DNA of 56,669 nt, filler included, from Sphacelaria rigidula (Eukaryota), in assembly GCA_964200075.2 (NCBI GenBank). It is 7 parts of 7 records of this genome, joined end to end, with 100 filler letters (N's around TTAATTAATTAA, not from the genome) between each part and the next. Parts side by side here need not be neighbours in the genome. Positions count along the whole stretch, not along the records: positions 32,441 to 40,450 come from CAXNAA020012657.1; positions 40,551 to 48,560 come from CAXNAA020012658.1; positions 48,661 to 56,669 come from CAXNAA020012659.1; 4 more parts are not named here. One strand, written 5' to 3'. Every line of letters starts with the position of its first letter. Within the stretch, counting starts at the first letter, position 1. This document shows positions 37,301 to 49,620 of this stretch, one piece after another. The translations under genes were made by a program, and so were the position numbers. Under the pieces are notes generated by a model. That model saw nothing but the letters and a program-made list of their open reading frames with translations. It was not told the DNA's origin and ran no database searches.

Positions 37301-37900
37301 AATGCGGCAAGACCGTCCAATACACCTCCTTCTTTTGCTTGCTAATTGGTAGGGAATGACAAGGTAGCGCATTGGTAGTGCATTCGCAGCTTGGGTGGAA
37401 TGTTTTGAGAGTTATTTCGAGTCGCCGCGTTTCCAGAGGTTGGGCTGCTTGATCGATTGCCGAGCCTATTGCACTATGGTGGTGAGAGATGGGTTGATAA
37501 GTGTGGCTTCGCTGCCTGACTACCCATGCTAGTGGAATATAATGCACGCTGAGGGGCTAATTTCGCGTTCCGCAGAGACATGACTCCTGTAACCTCTCAA
37601 CTCGAATTTTGTCCTCATGGCCCATACATTTCACCTGCTGTAGCGTTTCTCGGAGGACCCTTGTGTTTCTGGTGTCGGGGCAATCGGTTCTCGTTCTTTT
37701 CTTTACTTCTACGGCCTGCCTTGCCTGGGGTTTTTTCTGGTGTCGCCAACATGAGGAAGGCGTGTCGCAGGGTAGACAGAGACCTACGGGGGAGACTGTC
37801 GTTGGAGATGTCGTCCTGATGCTGAAGGAACTCCGAGCCTCGCGACGATTCTGTCTTGTGATATGTAGGCAAGAAGTGGGTCAGACGTAAATGTGATCAC
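34340..37900 (-). pseudogene. Degenerate Ty3/Gypsy (chromovirus-like) element
   Basis: RNase H PVIHLPDFTEDLTINADASDRGAGAYLSQ; integrase PEKLHSDQGAEFEN...TTPLRPQGNSVLERVHSTI; GPY/F-like PWRGPF; chromodomain-like KGYGPAADLTY; RT not recognisable; boundary above 36714 is approximate. Confidence 0.88.
35368..35964. mobile_element. Stowaway/Tc1-mariner-like MITE inside the Gypsy pol
   Basis: TA|CTTCCTCTGTTTCATGAGTCTGTGCAGTTATG ... CATAACTGCACATACTTATGAAACAGGGGAAG|TA. Confidence 0.85.
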
Positions 37901-38662
37901 CGTGGGGTGGCCAGCTCCTCGGGGGATGCAGAGTCGTCCTGAGATCCGGCTGATCCTGGCATCGCCCCGAGTTGTCTAGTATCGTTGGCATTACGGGGTC
38001 TCGCTAATCTGGTCATTTCGGACCGTTCCTACCTTGTACCTGCACGCGCTGGTTCTTCATCCATGTGTGGCATCAATCTCTGATATGTCACGGCAAAGAG
38101 GTGCCTCCCACATTATTACGTTTTGTACCCTCGGGGACCAATATCCGACCTTTGGATGATGACTGACTGGACAAATGGTTGGCAGCAATACTACCTACTT
38201 CAACGGGGTTGTGGATTAACGAAGAATTAAAAAAAAAGAGCGTACAGACTACAGTACACCCAGTATAGGCAATGGTTGTGACAGCGAAAAAACACCAAAA
38301 ATGATATTTCTGGAGCAAGCATGTACAAGAAGTCTTTTTTTCAAAAGGCCCCAAGTTCAGAGGGTTCGAGGCGACTTTCAAGCTATCCCACACCCTGCTA
38401 CGCGTGGCACAGCAGGAGCGAGGCTGGTTTGAGCGCAATGTACTTGCGGCAACTCATAGCTGTCTGGTGGATTCAGCACAGCAAGTAATCGGCAGGCGAC
38501 TCTAAGACAGTTGCTTAGACAGTTGTAAAGACAGCGCAAAATTGCGACATGCCTGCTTGAAACACGGCAAAAAAAATCTGGGCGGGTGAGAGGTAACAAA
38601 ATGTGCTTGAGGGAGGAATGAAGACGTCCACAGTGGGGAAAGGCAAGCATCTTCACACGTAT

Positions 38663-38816
38663 GGATCATACGGCACGAATCATACGACACGGATCATACG
38701 ACACGGATCATACGACACGGATCATACGACACGGATCATACGACACGGATCATACGACACGGATCATACGACACGGATCATACGACACGGATCATACGAC
38801 ACGGATCATACGACAC
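38663..38816. repeat. Minisatellite (GGATCATACGACAC)x11
   Basis: 14-bp unit read directly; first two units slightly variant. Confidence 0.95.
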
Positions 38817-39504
38817 GAACTGCTCCCGAAGGAACGCGATCATACGGTACCGGCTGGAGTGTGACATACCCTGGCCGAATGTGAAGATTGAAAAAATACG
38901 AGCAACGCTGGCCACACTTGGCAAGTAAGGAACATACTTGTTCAGCAGTGAGAGGGAAAGATACTTCCCATCATAATGTTGACTTCAACATGAAGAATAG
39001 AAGAATAGTGCAGGGCAGTGCCGGACGGTGCAGAGGACAGTGAGGTAAGCCTTACTGTAATTCCACAACAGCGGGAAAAAGTGCTTCGGATGTGACAATA
39101 ATATGACAGTATATTATAGTCGGGGAGCTGTTCCGAAGGTTATCCTGACGACAGTACAGTCGATGCAGACCAACACTACTCAGCACAGCACAGCACAGCT
39201 CAGCTCAGCTCAGCCCAGACTAGACGAGAAGTGTACACCTTGGCACCCCCGACTGGTGAAGACTCGTTCTATGGTAGGCCCCCCACCCGCGCCATTAGGC
39301 AGCATTTGTTTCAAGAATAAATGGCCGAAACGCGCATGGAGATAGATGATGGCTGGTTCAGGAACCAGGTCTTGGATGAAGAATGCATATAGTTGGTTTC
39401 AGGAACAGCCCTGAATTTTTTGGAAGAATGCAGGACCAGCACGAATAAACGCCACGCCTGCAAGAACCTCAAGTGATACATTTTGCCTCAGTTCCCATTA
39501 AACG

Positions 39505-39735
39505 TTCCTGGGGGGAGGGGTACCAATGACGCATCATGCCGTAGTCATGAGACCATTGACCTCGAACCCCTATAAATCCGGGACAGAGCACGCCGGGTTC
39601 TCACTGGCCCAGGCGCAATTATCAAGTGCAAAGCGCCGTGATGACTTCGTCGAGTCGCATGAGGGGCGAATCCTGCCAAGATTGTTCGGCCCGGGGTGTT
39701 CTAATTATCTTGCATGGATGACAGCCTTCATACAC
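39505..39735 (+). repeat. Family G partial copy
   Basis: Aligns with 15730-15970. Confidence 0.75.
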
Positions 39736-40059
39736 TTTCGACGATAGCCCTCCCAAAACCAGCCCAAAAATGTCCCGAAAAAAATGATCATACAGCGCCC
39801 GGTGTTTGGGTTCAGGCTGCATGAAGCGCCTCATATGGGCGACATTGGCGAGAACGACCCCACGCGTGAAGTTCCAGCTCCTCGTTGTGCTTGGCTTTTT
39901 CCATTTCGATTTACGTGAGACTTTTACCAGGCACTTTGCGGGGGGGGGGGGGGGGCTATCGTAGAAAGGGTCCAATGAATTTTTTTCTTTCTGGGATCTT
40001 CCCTTCCCCCGACCGCCCCGGGGTACGCTGCCNNNNNNNNNCTGGTTTTTGCTTTCCTT

Positions 40060-40091
<32 letters not shown>

Positions 40092-40450
40092 TTTTTGTTG
40101 CCTTTGGCGGGGGTGGGGGGGGGGGGGGGGGGGGGGGGCTATCGTAGAAAGTGTCCAATGAATTGCTTCATTTCTGGCATCTTCACTTCCACCGACAGCC
40201 ACGGGTTACGCTGCCTCATGGCTATCTCACAATTTAAACACCACGTAGTAATATCGGTTGTTGATTATGCCCTTAGTCGATAGCTCTGCGGTGCCCACTG
40301 CTGTGTGTGTCTGTATCTACTCTGCTGTCCTGAATCCCTTGGGCTCTTTTTTACTTTTCTTTCCTCCATTTTTTCTCTTTTTTTTTTTTTAGGTCGGCCA
40401 TCTCTTTCTGTGATTTGCTTTCGTTGTCTTTTTTTTATTCTTTTTTTTTT

Positions 40451-40550
40451 NNNNNNNNNNNNNNNNNNNNNNNNNNNNNNNNNNNNNNNNNNNNTTAATT
40501 AATTAANNNNNNNNNNNNNNNNNNNNNNNNNNNNNNNNNNNNNNNNNNNN
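40451..40550. other. Artificial contig linker
   Basis: N-run with TTAATTAATTAA. Confidence 0.98.
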
Positions 40551-40839
40551 CTCTCCCGCGCTGTACGGGTAACACCGCATGGGTAGGCGCAGAGTACATG
40601 CGCAAAAAGAAAGCACGGCGCGACTTGTACCTTTTTGTTCAAGGCTCGAGAATTATGGATTTTTTAAAGGTGCAAACAAGACTTGGAAATATCGAAACCA
40701 CAACGCAATACGCCAAAACGAACCCAACACAAAAACTAGACACAAGAAAATACACACTGACTCAACCCAGCAGCCACCTCGTCGCAGTGGGTGCGCAAGC
40801 TATCGGGCTAACCCCTGACTTTCTGTTCTTGGTTGTTGA

Positions 40840-43100
40840 CCCGTCCCCTTTTTTCGGGGCTGGTCAACACTTCCCCCGTTAGGCGGCCCGATAAGCTGCG
40901 CTCCTTCAAAACGTTTCTCAGACCGTTATCGTTAGCTACGTGTTCGTGCCTCCGAAACGAACTGTCAATTCCCGAGGATATCGCGGTTAACATACAGTGA
41001 CAAGTGGGTAACTCCCACCTCGTCAACATCTTATGAAAATGTTGAATAGCAGATAAGTATGATCACACTGTCGAGCTCCGGTTCCCGTGGCATAAAAACC
41101 TACTAGCCATGACCGTAGTAAGGGGGGTAGGTCATTGCAGATAGCCCTCCATCTTCTCCTCGTAAAAAGGCCTGCTCCCCCCAAGCTTCTCTCCATTTTT
41201 TGCCCATGTCTCGAATTGCCCCGTGTAACCCTTTTTGGTACTACTACCTACGGACGCGGGAGCTAACGTTCGCACTAGCCCTTGCCATCAATTCAATGAC
41301 CGTGTTGTTCTCCTGGTGAGAATTGACGAGGACAGAAAATGGGGGGAAGGGAGGTATGGTGCCAAACGGGGCGGCGCAAGTGGCGATTGTATCCTTTGTT
41401 AATTCATATCTTCATTGATGACTGACCACAACTCATAGTCTAGTCGTCTTTTCGGCAGCGGTTTATTTTCGGAGGTCCACGTCGAATATAGGTTTCCCCC
41501 GGGGACCGATGTCGTAATATTTCACGCCCTGTTCTCCTGTCAGTTGAACTTGTCCGCAGGCCATCTCGGAATTCTGTAGGTCAAGACAATGGTCAATACC
41601 TCGAGTGTGTTCTGCTATTGGACATCATCCAGATGTAATTTCCATGCGACCGACGATTTTATTGAGGGAACCAACACGTCTGTCTTGAACCCCACATTAC
41701 TTCATCCACGATATTGCTGAGGCGTTGTCGCCCCGTATCAATACTAGTTCTCCCGGTTTTGTGGCTTTTCCCCTCAGACACATCTGGTTAACGCACGCCG
41801 TCATCATTATACCGCACGATTCTACGAGATTGATGGTGATGAAACAGTTTTCTATGACGTTTTGCTTTTCGGACTAGTTCCGACGTGAGAGCGGGGGGAA
41901 AGGTATCCCCAGAGTATCTTCAACTCTGGGCAGTATCGTCCAACAGCACTGGAGCTGGCGCCCGTAAAATAGCGTCGTGAGGCCGGGCTATCTACCTGGG
42001 AAATCAGGGAGGCGCTCAGAGCTTCTCCTTGGTCAGGTAGTTGATGATCGATTGCTAAGAGATGTCATCATGGAATTTCCACCCAAGCTTCATTTGTTCT
42101 CTTCTTGTCCTGTTTTCCACAACTGGTTCGATGTAGACCGGATACTCGTAACAGCTGCCAAACAAAACAATTCACCGGCTCGGACAACCTAGGTGAAGTT
42201 CCATAATTTGTTTTTGGCCACACTCAGGATGTCAGCGACGGAAGCATGCGACCTGTCCTGGGACCATTCGCGTTTCATCAACTCGCGTTTTTTTTTTTTA
42301 ATGGTTTAGATGGGTACAGAAATACGCATGCTGTGAGTGTTGATCGTGTACCCCAAAGCCTTCGCAGGGGTATCCCAATCGGCACTTTTACTGGGTGCGA
42401 TGTCGAACGAAATTCATGATGATGCGGACCTCGTTGGTGACAACTGCTCCTAGTGGACCTACTCGTAAATGCCTAACTTCTGGGGCCGTTGATCGGCTAC
42501 CACCCAAACATCAGTTCCTCCTCGCGTCTCCCGTTGTTTTTAGACATGTGGGGTGTGACCGTCGATACTACTGTGGTTACCAGATTCGAATGCTCGTCTC
42601 AACTCCGGTGCAGTATCTGTCGTGTCTATCGGTACACCGTGTTCAAGTATGTTCGTAAGTTTCTCTATTTGTGGGAAACGTTCTACTTCTCCAAAATGGT
42701 GTTGGACTTCACGGAAGTTCATCGGTGGTGACACCAGAGTGCCGCCGAGCCTTCCCGCTACGTCTCCAAGGTTCCAATTGTACTGTCTCATGAATTCTGT
42801 GCATGTTGTTGCCATTTCTTCAATGTTCGCAAGTACGTCTGTTTCCGGGAAACGTTCTACTTCTCCAAAATGGTGTTGGACTTCACGGAGATTCATCGGC
42901 GGTGACGCCGAGCCTTCCCGCTACGTCTCCAAGGTTTCTGTTGTACATTCTCAATAATTGTGTGCATGTCGTTGCCATTTCTTCATGTGTTCGCAATATG
43001 GTTTCAAAAATGTTTTCGTGTATGTATTGTGACCCTGCGCGAGACGTTGAAGACGTCGACCCGTCGTTTACTTCTATCCTACTCAAGTTTGTTCCGTCCA
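40840..43100 (-). pseudogene. Internally deleted DIRS/Ngaro YR-retrotransposon (RT N-term, RNase H, YR N-term)
   Basis: HGVPI...SGNHSS; LRVGPLGAVVTNEVRII; PSKSADWDT..ALGYTINTHSMRISVP; TINLVESCG; LIRGDNASAISW; GNRSSTV*SYLSAIQHFHKMLTRWELPTCHCML. Confidence 0.88.
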
Positions 43101-43116
43101 GCACTTTTGGAGGGGG

Positions 43117-43826
43117 TTGACAAGGACATGACCTCGTTTTGTTTTTGGGGGGGTACTCGTACGCGGTTCGGTTGACCCATTCTGAGTCTGCACTCGGCGT
43201 GCACTATTACTCGAGTTTTGTCCCGACTGTTGACGCCGGGTGACAAGGAAATTGCCTCGTTTCTTCTTCTCTCTGGATACTAGTACGCGCTTCGATTGAC
43301 CCATTATGCGTCTGCACTCGGCGTGCACTATTACTCGAGTTTGTCCCGACTGATGGCGCGGGGTGAAAAGGAAATGACCTCGTTTCTTCTTCTCTCCGGG
43401 TACTAGTACGCGCTTCGATTGACCCCTTGTGCGTCTGCACTCGGCTTGTACTAATACTCGGAATCTGTCCCGACTATAGACGGGAGGTAACAAGGAATTG
43501 TCCTCGTTTCTTCTCTCCCGGTACTAGTACGCGCTTCGATTGACCCCTTGTGCGTCTGCACTCGGCTTGTACTAATACTCGGAATCTGTCCCGACTATAG
43601 ACGGGAGGTGACAAGGAATTGTCCTCGATTCTTTTTCTCTCCGGGTAGTGATACGCGCTTCGGTTGACCCATTCTGGGTCTGCACTCGGCTTGTACCAAT
43701 ACTCGGAATCTGTCCCGACTTTAGACGGGAGGTGACAAGGAATTGTCCTCGTTTCTTTTTCTCTCCGGGTAGTATTACGCGCTTCGATTGACCAATTGTG
43801 GGCCTGCACTCGGCTTGTACCAACAC
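43117..43826. repeat. Tandem array, ~124-bp unit x~6
   Basis: CTGCACTCGGC anchors at 43188, 43312, 43435, 43556, 43680, 43804. Confidence 0.93.
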
Positions 43827-45236
43827 TTGGGCTTGTCCTAACAAGTACGCTTATCGGGAGATGGTGAAGTGTTGTTGATTTTCTTACCCGGTATATGGCA
43901 CATCGTACACACGGCATTTTGTTTTTTCGTTTCTAGGCTACTATTCTCCTGTTTCGTACGTCGGTTGGGCATGGGTTTTCACTATGTTGTCGGAGTTGGG
44001 CAGGGTCGTACGGGTCAGTTCATTGGCTCTCACCAGTTGATGTGTTGCTGCCGATGTTAGAGGCTCGACGCCGTGTTTTTCGTCAATGTCTCAAGTCTCA
44101 AGCAAGGTGTCCTGCCTACTGGCCTATCTGCCTTCCAGGTCGGATCCATGTTTTGGGGCGGTGAACCTGCGGGCACGATGTGGGGAGGGACGGGTTGTAT
44201 CGACCTGTACTTGTACCGCTATGCGTCCTGACATTGCTATGGAACTCATGCGAGAGTCTATCCTGACCGATTGACGAAGCCTGCTATCCTTCCGTGTACG
44301 ACTGTCTCTTTTATACTCGCTGCGTCAGTACTTCTAGCCTCACCGTGAAAGAAATGAGGAGTCACCGACCCAGGTAGAGGTGCTCCAGCAATATACTTCT
44401 ATCCCCGTCCAAAAGTTAGTATCATGACACTACAGGATAGAACTGTGGGCACGAATCACATAGCTGGTTTCAGAGATGATCCATCCGTGCAATATACCCT
44501 GATAACAGTACAGCAGTTCACACTATCCCCGTCGCAGATCAAGCCGTCTTCGCAAGGTTTTAGCGCACCACCTTATCGTATCAGCTACAGAACAGGGATG
44601 ATGAGTCTGGGCACGAGGCGTCTTTTTCGTTGCGAAAATTCAAAACATCCTCCACATCATGACCTTTTCTTTTTTTTTTCAACTTCGACAGGACGGCACT
44701 GCGTGCCGACTACTGTTTTTCGAAACACAATATCAGGACAGCAGCTCAGGCAACTCTGTCGGAGATTTTTTGTTTTTTTTTTGCTCGGTCTGGACACACC
44801 ATAGTTATGGGGGTTTATGAAGGCCTTACCAACCAAAAATCCGTTCACCACAAAATATTAAATGGACGCGGGGGGATATTGAAGACGAATTGAAAACAGC
44901 ATGGACTGTTCGGACCTCTGCCGAACCTCTGCCGAGCATAACACATGCCCCATCCCAAGTTATCTGGGTGAAGTATGCGACAGCTTTTTTTTTTTTCTCC
45001 TTCGTGCAGTCCTCGAAACAGGAAGCAAACCGGACTGTGGCACTAAACAGACCCCCATACACACCCTAGATCTATTCAGTGTGGCGGCGGAGTTGCTCAA
45101 TTCGCCACGGCGGATCCGAAAAGCCCTAAAACGTTGCAGGTAACGCGTTTTCAGTACATCTCGTGTTTGCTCTTGTGTTTGATGCAGCGGTTTGCCAAGT
45201 GCTGCGGCCTCCACCGCACGCGTCACGGAAAGCTGC

Positions 45237-45237
<1 letters not shown>

Positions 45238-45279
<42 letters not shown>

Positions 45280-45410
45280 GTTTTATTAGTTTTATTAGTT
45301 TTATTAGTTTTATTAGTTTTATTAGTTTTATTAGTTTTATTAGTTTTATTAGTTTTATTAGTTTTATTAGTTTTCGTAGTTTTCGTAGTTTTCGTAGTTT
45401 TCGTAGTTTT
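45238..45410. repeat. Compound microsatellite (TTA)14(GTTTTATTA)10(GTTTTCGTA)4
   Basis: Read directly. Confidence 0.95.
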
Positions 45411-46999
45411 GGTGTGTGGGAAGCGCATGCATCAAACCGCAGTCCAATCCTCTGCTTCGTTGCCGAGAAAATAGAGTTGAAAGATAGCATAACATACTGC
45501 AACGAGACGCACAACAACACGAGCTGCAGCTTTTATCCTCCTGTTAAATGTTCTTTAAAAAAATATTCATGTCCCCAGGCGTTCCAATCGTTGCCCAATA
45601 TTTAGCAACGGCGGGCCAAAACTGAGGTCATATTTGGGTGGGGGAGGGGGGGGCATCACTTCCGTGTTGCGTAGAGCTCCTCGGGGCTGTCGGTAGCGGT
45701 GGGCATTGCCGTGTGGGTGTCAATTTTTGGGCGCTGAGTATTGTGTGCACTGTCAGGGTTAGACCGCGGGTGCTTCGCACCGATCTTTCTGAAATCCAGA
45801 TTTGCACCCCTCTTTGGAGCTTTTAACTTGCGATCATGACGTGGGTACAACGGGCATGATATGCCCAACTGAGTCAACAACTCATGCAAATAGTACTGAG
45901 GAGTTGGGGTAATGTGCTATCGGTTGGGTGTACCTCTACTCCATGTATACAGGCGTGCTGCATTGGTACTTCTATCCTCACCAAGTAGGGTAGGGCGCCC
46001 GGGCCAAGTCGAGTTGTTCCGGTCATGCCCACCGATCTGTTGCGCGGGTCAGTGAACGAAGATGCGACACAACAAGCTCTTCTCCGGCCGTGCTTGATAC
46101 AAAAAGCTTTTCGATCGGCCCCCTCGCTGAGCAGCAGGCCCCGCACCTACCGGCAAGCCTCGGCGCTGGTATCGCATGTTCCTCCTCCCGCCCCCCTCGC
46201 TCCCACCCTCACTGTTCCTTGACTGTATTCCTCACCGACCCCTGTTGCTGAATTATTCTATTTTTTCAATTTTCACAATTGGGTTCGTTGGGTCTTTGGT
46301 GTAGTCGGCGGATTCAACTCCCGTTGCCCTCGCACCTCCTGCGGTGGTTGCTGCTACCCCTGCTGCACCGGGGTGGGTGACATATCGTCATGGAAACCTA
46401 CAACTCGTGTCCCGCGGGCAGCGCAGCTCAGCCTGTTGAGGGAAGTGGCTATTGAGACGCCGATCCCGACTCTCTATCGGTGGTGCCGTCCTTGTCTGGG
46501 TGTTCGCGCAGCTTCTGCCATCTTGTGTTGTACCCAAATTGACTCGAACACGTTCGAGAACCACCACTTGTACTGTACTTGACTGTCTTGCACCTGTGCC
46601 TGTCCGTTGCCTTGCTCACTATTGGCGAGCGCGGAGTGCATTTTGAGCTTGGGGACTGAACATAACTGAGCGAGGGTGGGCGGATGTGCATTTTGTTCTC
46701 TCACAGTGACCCCTACCATCTTGCTGTGTCATCATCCGCCACTCCGTGACCTGATCCTATAATTCGTCATCCGTCAACACAAACCTCGGATTTCTTCGAA
46801 ATCCTACCTTTCAGCTCATGACATCGACCACGTGGCATTCGGAACAGAAAAGACTAAACCCTGAAAAGTTGGCCACAGTCTACACCTGCGTGGTAAAAAA
46901 ATAAAAACAAACCTGGGGTTTAATCGTAAACAATCCAGTCGTTCTCGTTTTTATCCCTGAGTTCTGATTTTGTTTCCCGAAACTCTCAGATATGTCGAC

Positions 47000-48491
47000 G
47001 CGTCGGGTGGTTAATACATATTGGGCGAGCGATATGATGGCACGAGAGAGGGTCAACATATATTGTGCCATCAATATGTCAAGTCTCGCGACATGCAATA
47101 TATATCGACCGAACAATACATCACAACACGCGCCACCTCAATATATATTGGCCGAGTGACACGTTAGTGCGGTAAGGCACTAATATACATATGTCGAATA
47201 ATATGTTGGCTGCCACCCGAGGTCAATATATATTGATGACTCAATATATATGCTCAACACCCGAAGCGCCAGTATATATATTGCCGTCTCAATATGACGT
47301 GCGTCAATGCGTCCGACATATATTGGGCGGACAATACACGAGGAAAGGGACGGTCACAATACACATTGGTGTAGCAATACATTTTGATTTTCAACATGTA
47401 GATTGGAAAGTGTATTGAAATTGGTATGATGGGCAGTTCTATATTCGCGGGCGCCATTGAAAGATGTATCATTACCACATGCCGAAAACGCTCAATATAT
47501 TCCTCCGCGAGCGTGTTCAATATATATTGGCTGCACAATAGCTATGCGATGAGCGTGCACAATATATATTGGGAAAACAATACGTTTGCATGGTTTGCGT
47601 TAAATATGCATTATGGTAACAATATGTTACACTCGCTTCGACTCAATATGTATTAACACTTCAATACATACATGGCCAGCATGCACAATATATATATTGA
47701 ATGCTTTATTCCCGGAGCAAATGCATGTCCAATATATATTGTCATGCATCACTTCACGATCATGACACGAGAAATATATGTTGTTACTTCAATGTCTCCG
47801 AGGACATCTCAACGCAATATATATATATATATATATTGAAAGGATAAAATTGGCGCTGTCTCCAATACGAAGTATTGGTATCATTTTGGAACATATTGTA
47901 TTGTCCAGGGTATAAGCAACACAGCACCGGCGACCCCAGGGGTACCAAAAGACGCATATCGACCCGCGTCTTCTGTTGTCGTGATGTTTACCAAAGATAT
48001 CGTACATGCTGTAAAGGGATGGGCGACCCCGTACCGGTGGCGAGATATAGGTATCAGAATGCATATATACAGGGTCGCCTCTTCTGCCACAATATTTTCC
48101 GACCAGTATATATATATATATTTGAATATCAAACGAATTCGACAACTCTTCGTAGCAATGCACGCGAACTTCTGCGGCCCTCTTCGAAGCTTTTCCCGAT
48201 CTGCACGGGCTTCGGCATCCACCACGTCTGGATCTTTCTTAAAGTGTACACCACACCTATAATGTCCAATATGTATTGACCGGCAAATACATTGGCACCC
48301 ACTCAGACCCAATAATATTGACCGGTCAATGTGTTCTTACCAATGCGACTTTAATATATATTGGTCGTACAATATGCCGTCGCCCACACCGCCCCAATAT
48401 ATATTGATGGGACAATAATTTGTGTTCAACCCCACGGTACCAATATATATTGGGTGAGCAATATGTATGCAGTCCCACATCAATATATATA

Positions 48492-48500
<9 letters not shown>
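47000..48500. repeat. Irregular array of the palindrome CAATATATATTG and variants
   Basis: Exact 12-mers at 47139, 47224, 47518, 47560, 47730, 48395, 48441, plus many degenerate copies. Confidence 0.85.
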
Positions 48501-48527
<27 letters not shown>

Positions 48528-48560
48528 TGTATGTATGTATGTATGTATGTATGTATGTAT
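48499..48560. repeat. (ATGT)n microsatellite at the contig end
   Basis: Read directly. Confidence 0.95.
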
Positions 48561-48660
48561 NNNNNNNNNNNNNNNNNNNNNNNNNNNNNNNNNNNNNNNN
48601 NNNNTTAATTAATTAANNNNNNNNNNNNNNNNNNNNNNNNNNNNNNNNNNNNNNNNNNNN
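48561..48660. other. Artificial contig linker
   Basis: N-run with TTAATTAATTAA. Confidence 0.98.
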
Positions 48661-49149
48661 ATGGTGCAGTAAGTAATATGTAGCACTCTACCGTTGCGTG
48701 ACGGCGGTCTCATTGAGAGGTACCGCACTTGCTTTACACAAGGAGACGCTATCGCATCAAACCGGCCCGTGTTCGGCAAATACTCACCCTCTGGGTATAC
48801 TTCAATATACATGAAATATACTGTACGGGAGTACAGTAGGGTTCATTTATTTTCGTACTGTACTGTCTATAAATATACTAAACAACAGTATAGGGGCCGT
48901 CACCGCTTGAAGCCTGGAACGTATTGTGGAGAGGTGTGCCATGCGCTCATTTCACAGGTACTCGCGAGTGTGCGACGTGCGACGCCGACGACCTGCTGCT
49001 TTAAAAAGAATGCACGCAACACACTACATACACGTGCGGGGGCCTACAGTAACGCTCTAGTTACGGGCAGCTATCGATGCTGCGGTTTTCATGTATGTGA
49101 TGACACTACAGACTGCACAGGCACCTTCGGAAAGGTCGATACTATAATT

Positions 49150-49620
49150 GTACCCAGTATACACCGGTATTTCGAGATGTCAATATCTACCGCACCCGCT
49201 CGATCGGGTTTTTTCGAATGTCATACCTACGATACCCACGATACCACGATGTCTCGAGGTTTCGATACTTACCTACCGTACTCGCCCAGTCGGGTATTTT
49301 CAAAAATCGTACCTACGATATCACCGTATTTCGATATTTCATTACCCATTGTACCCGCTAAATCGGGTATTTTCCGAACTCATACCTGCGATATACATGA
49401 TACTACGGTATTGCGCTAATTTAACACCTACCGTACCCGCTCAATCAGGTATTTTCCAAACTCATAATTGCGATACCTACGATACCACGAGATTTCGAGA
49501 TTTCAATACCTACCATACCCGTTCAATCGGATATTTTCAAAACTCATACCTACGATACCCACGCAAACCACGGTATCGGACACCCCGAGAAATACCGGGG
49601 ATATATCCGGTAAATACCGG
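49150..49620. repeat. Degenerate ~80-bp tandem array rich in CGATACC/TACCG
   Basis: ACCCGCTxxATCGGG anchors at ~49194, 49280, 49353, 49435, 49517; a related unit at ~50510-50665. Confidence 0.8.

Noticed and set aside
32529-37917. ~170-bp direct repeats at 32529-32697 and 37750-37917 as the Gypsy LTR pair
   Set aside because: No TG...CA ends, PBS or TSD seen; the second copy seems to lie within internal coding-like sequence, so a duplicated internal fragment is more likely.
39940-40215. Tandem duplication around the short N-run
   Set aside because: The first copy differs by homopolymer-biased substitutions after a G-run and abuts a gap; probably a low-quality read/scaffolding artefact.
43117-43826. 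CRISPR-like array
   Set aside because: Whole units are homologous, there are no unique spacers and no cas genes, and the context is eukaryotic.
44960-45605. ORFs with KLI/poly-I/poly-L repeats
   Set aside because: Translations of the compound microsatellite.
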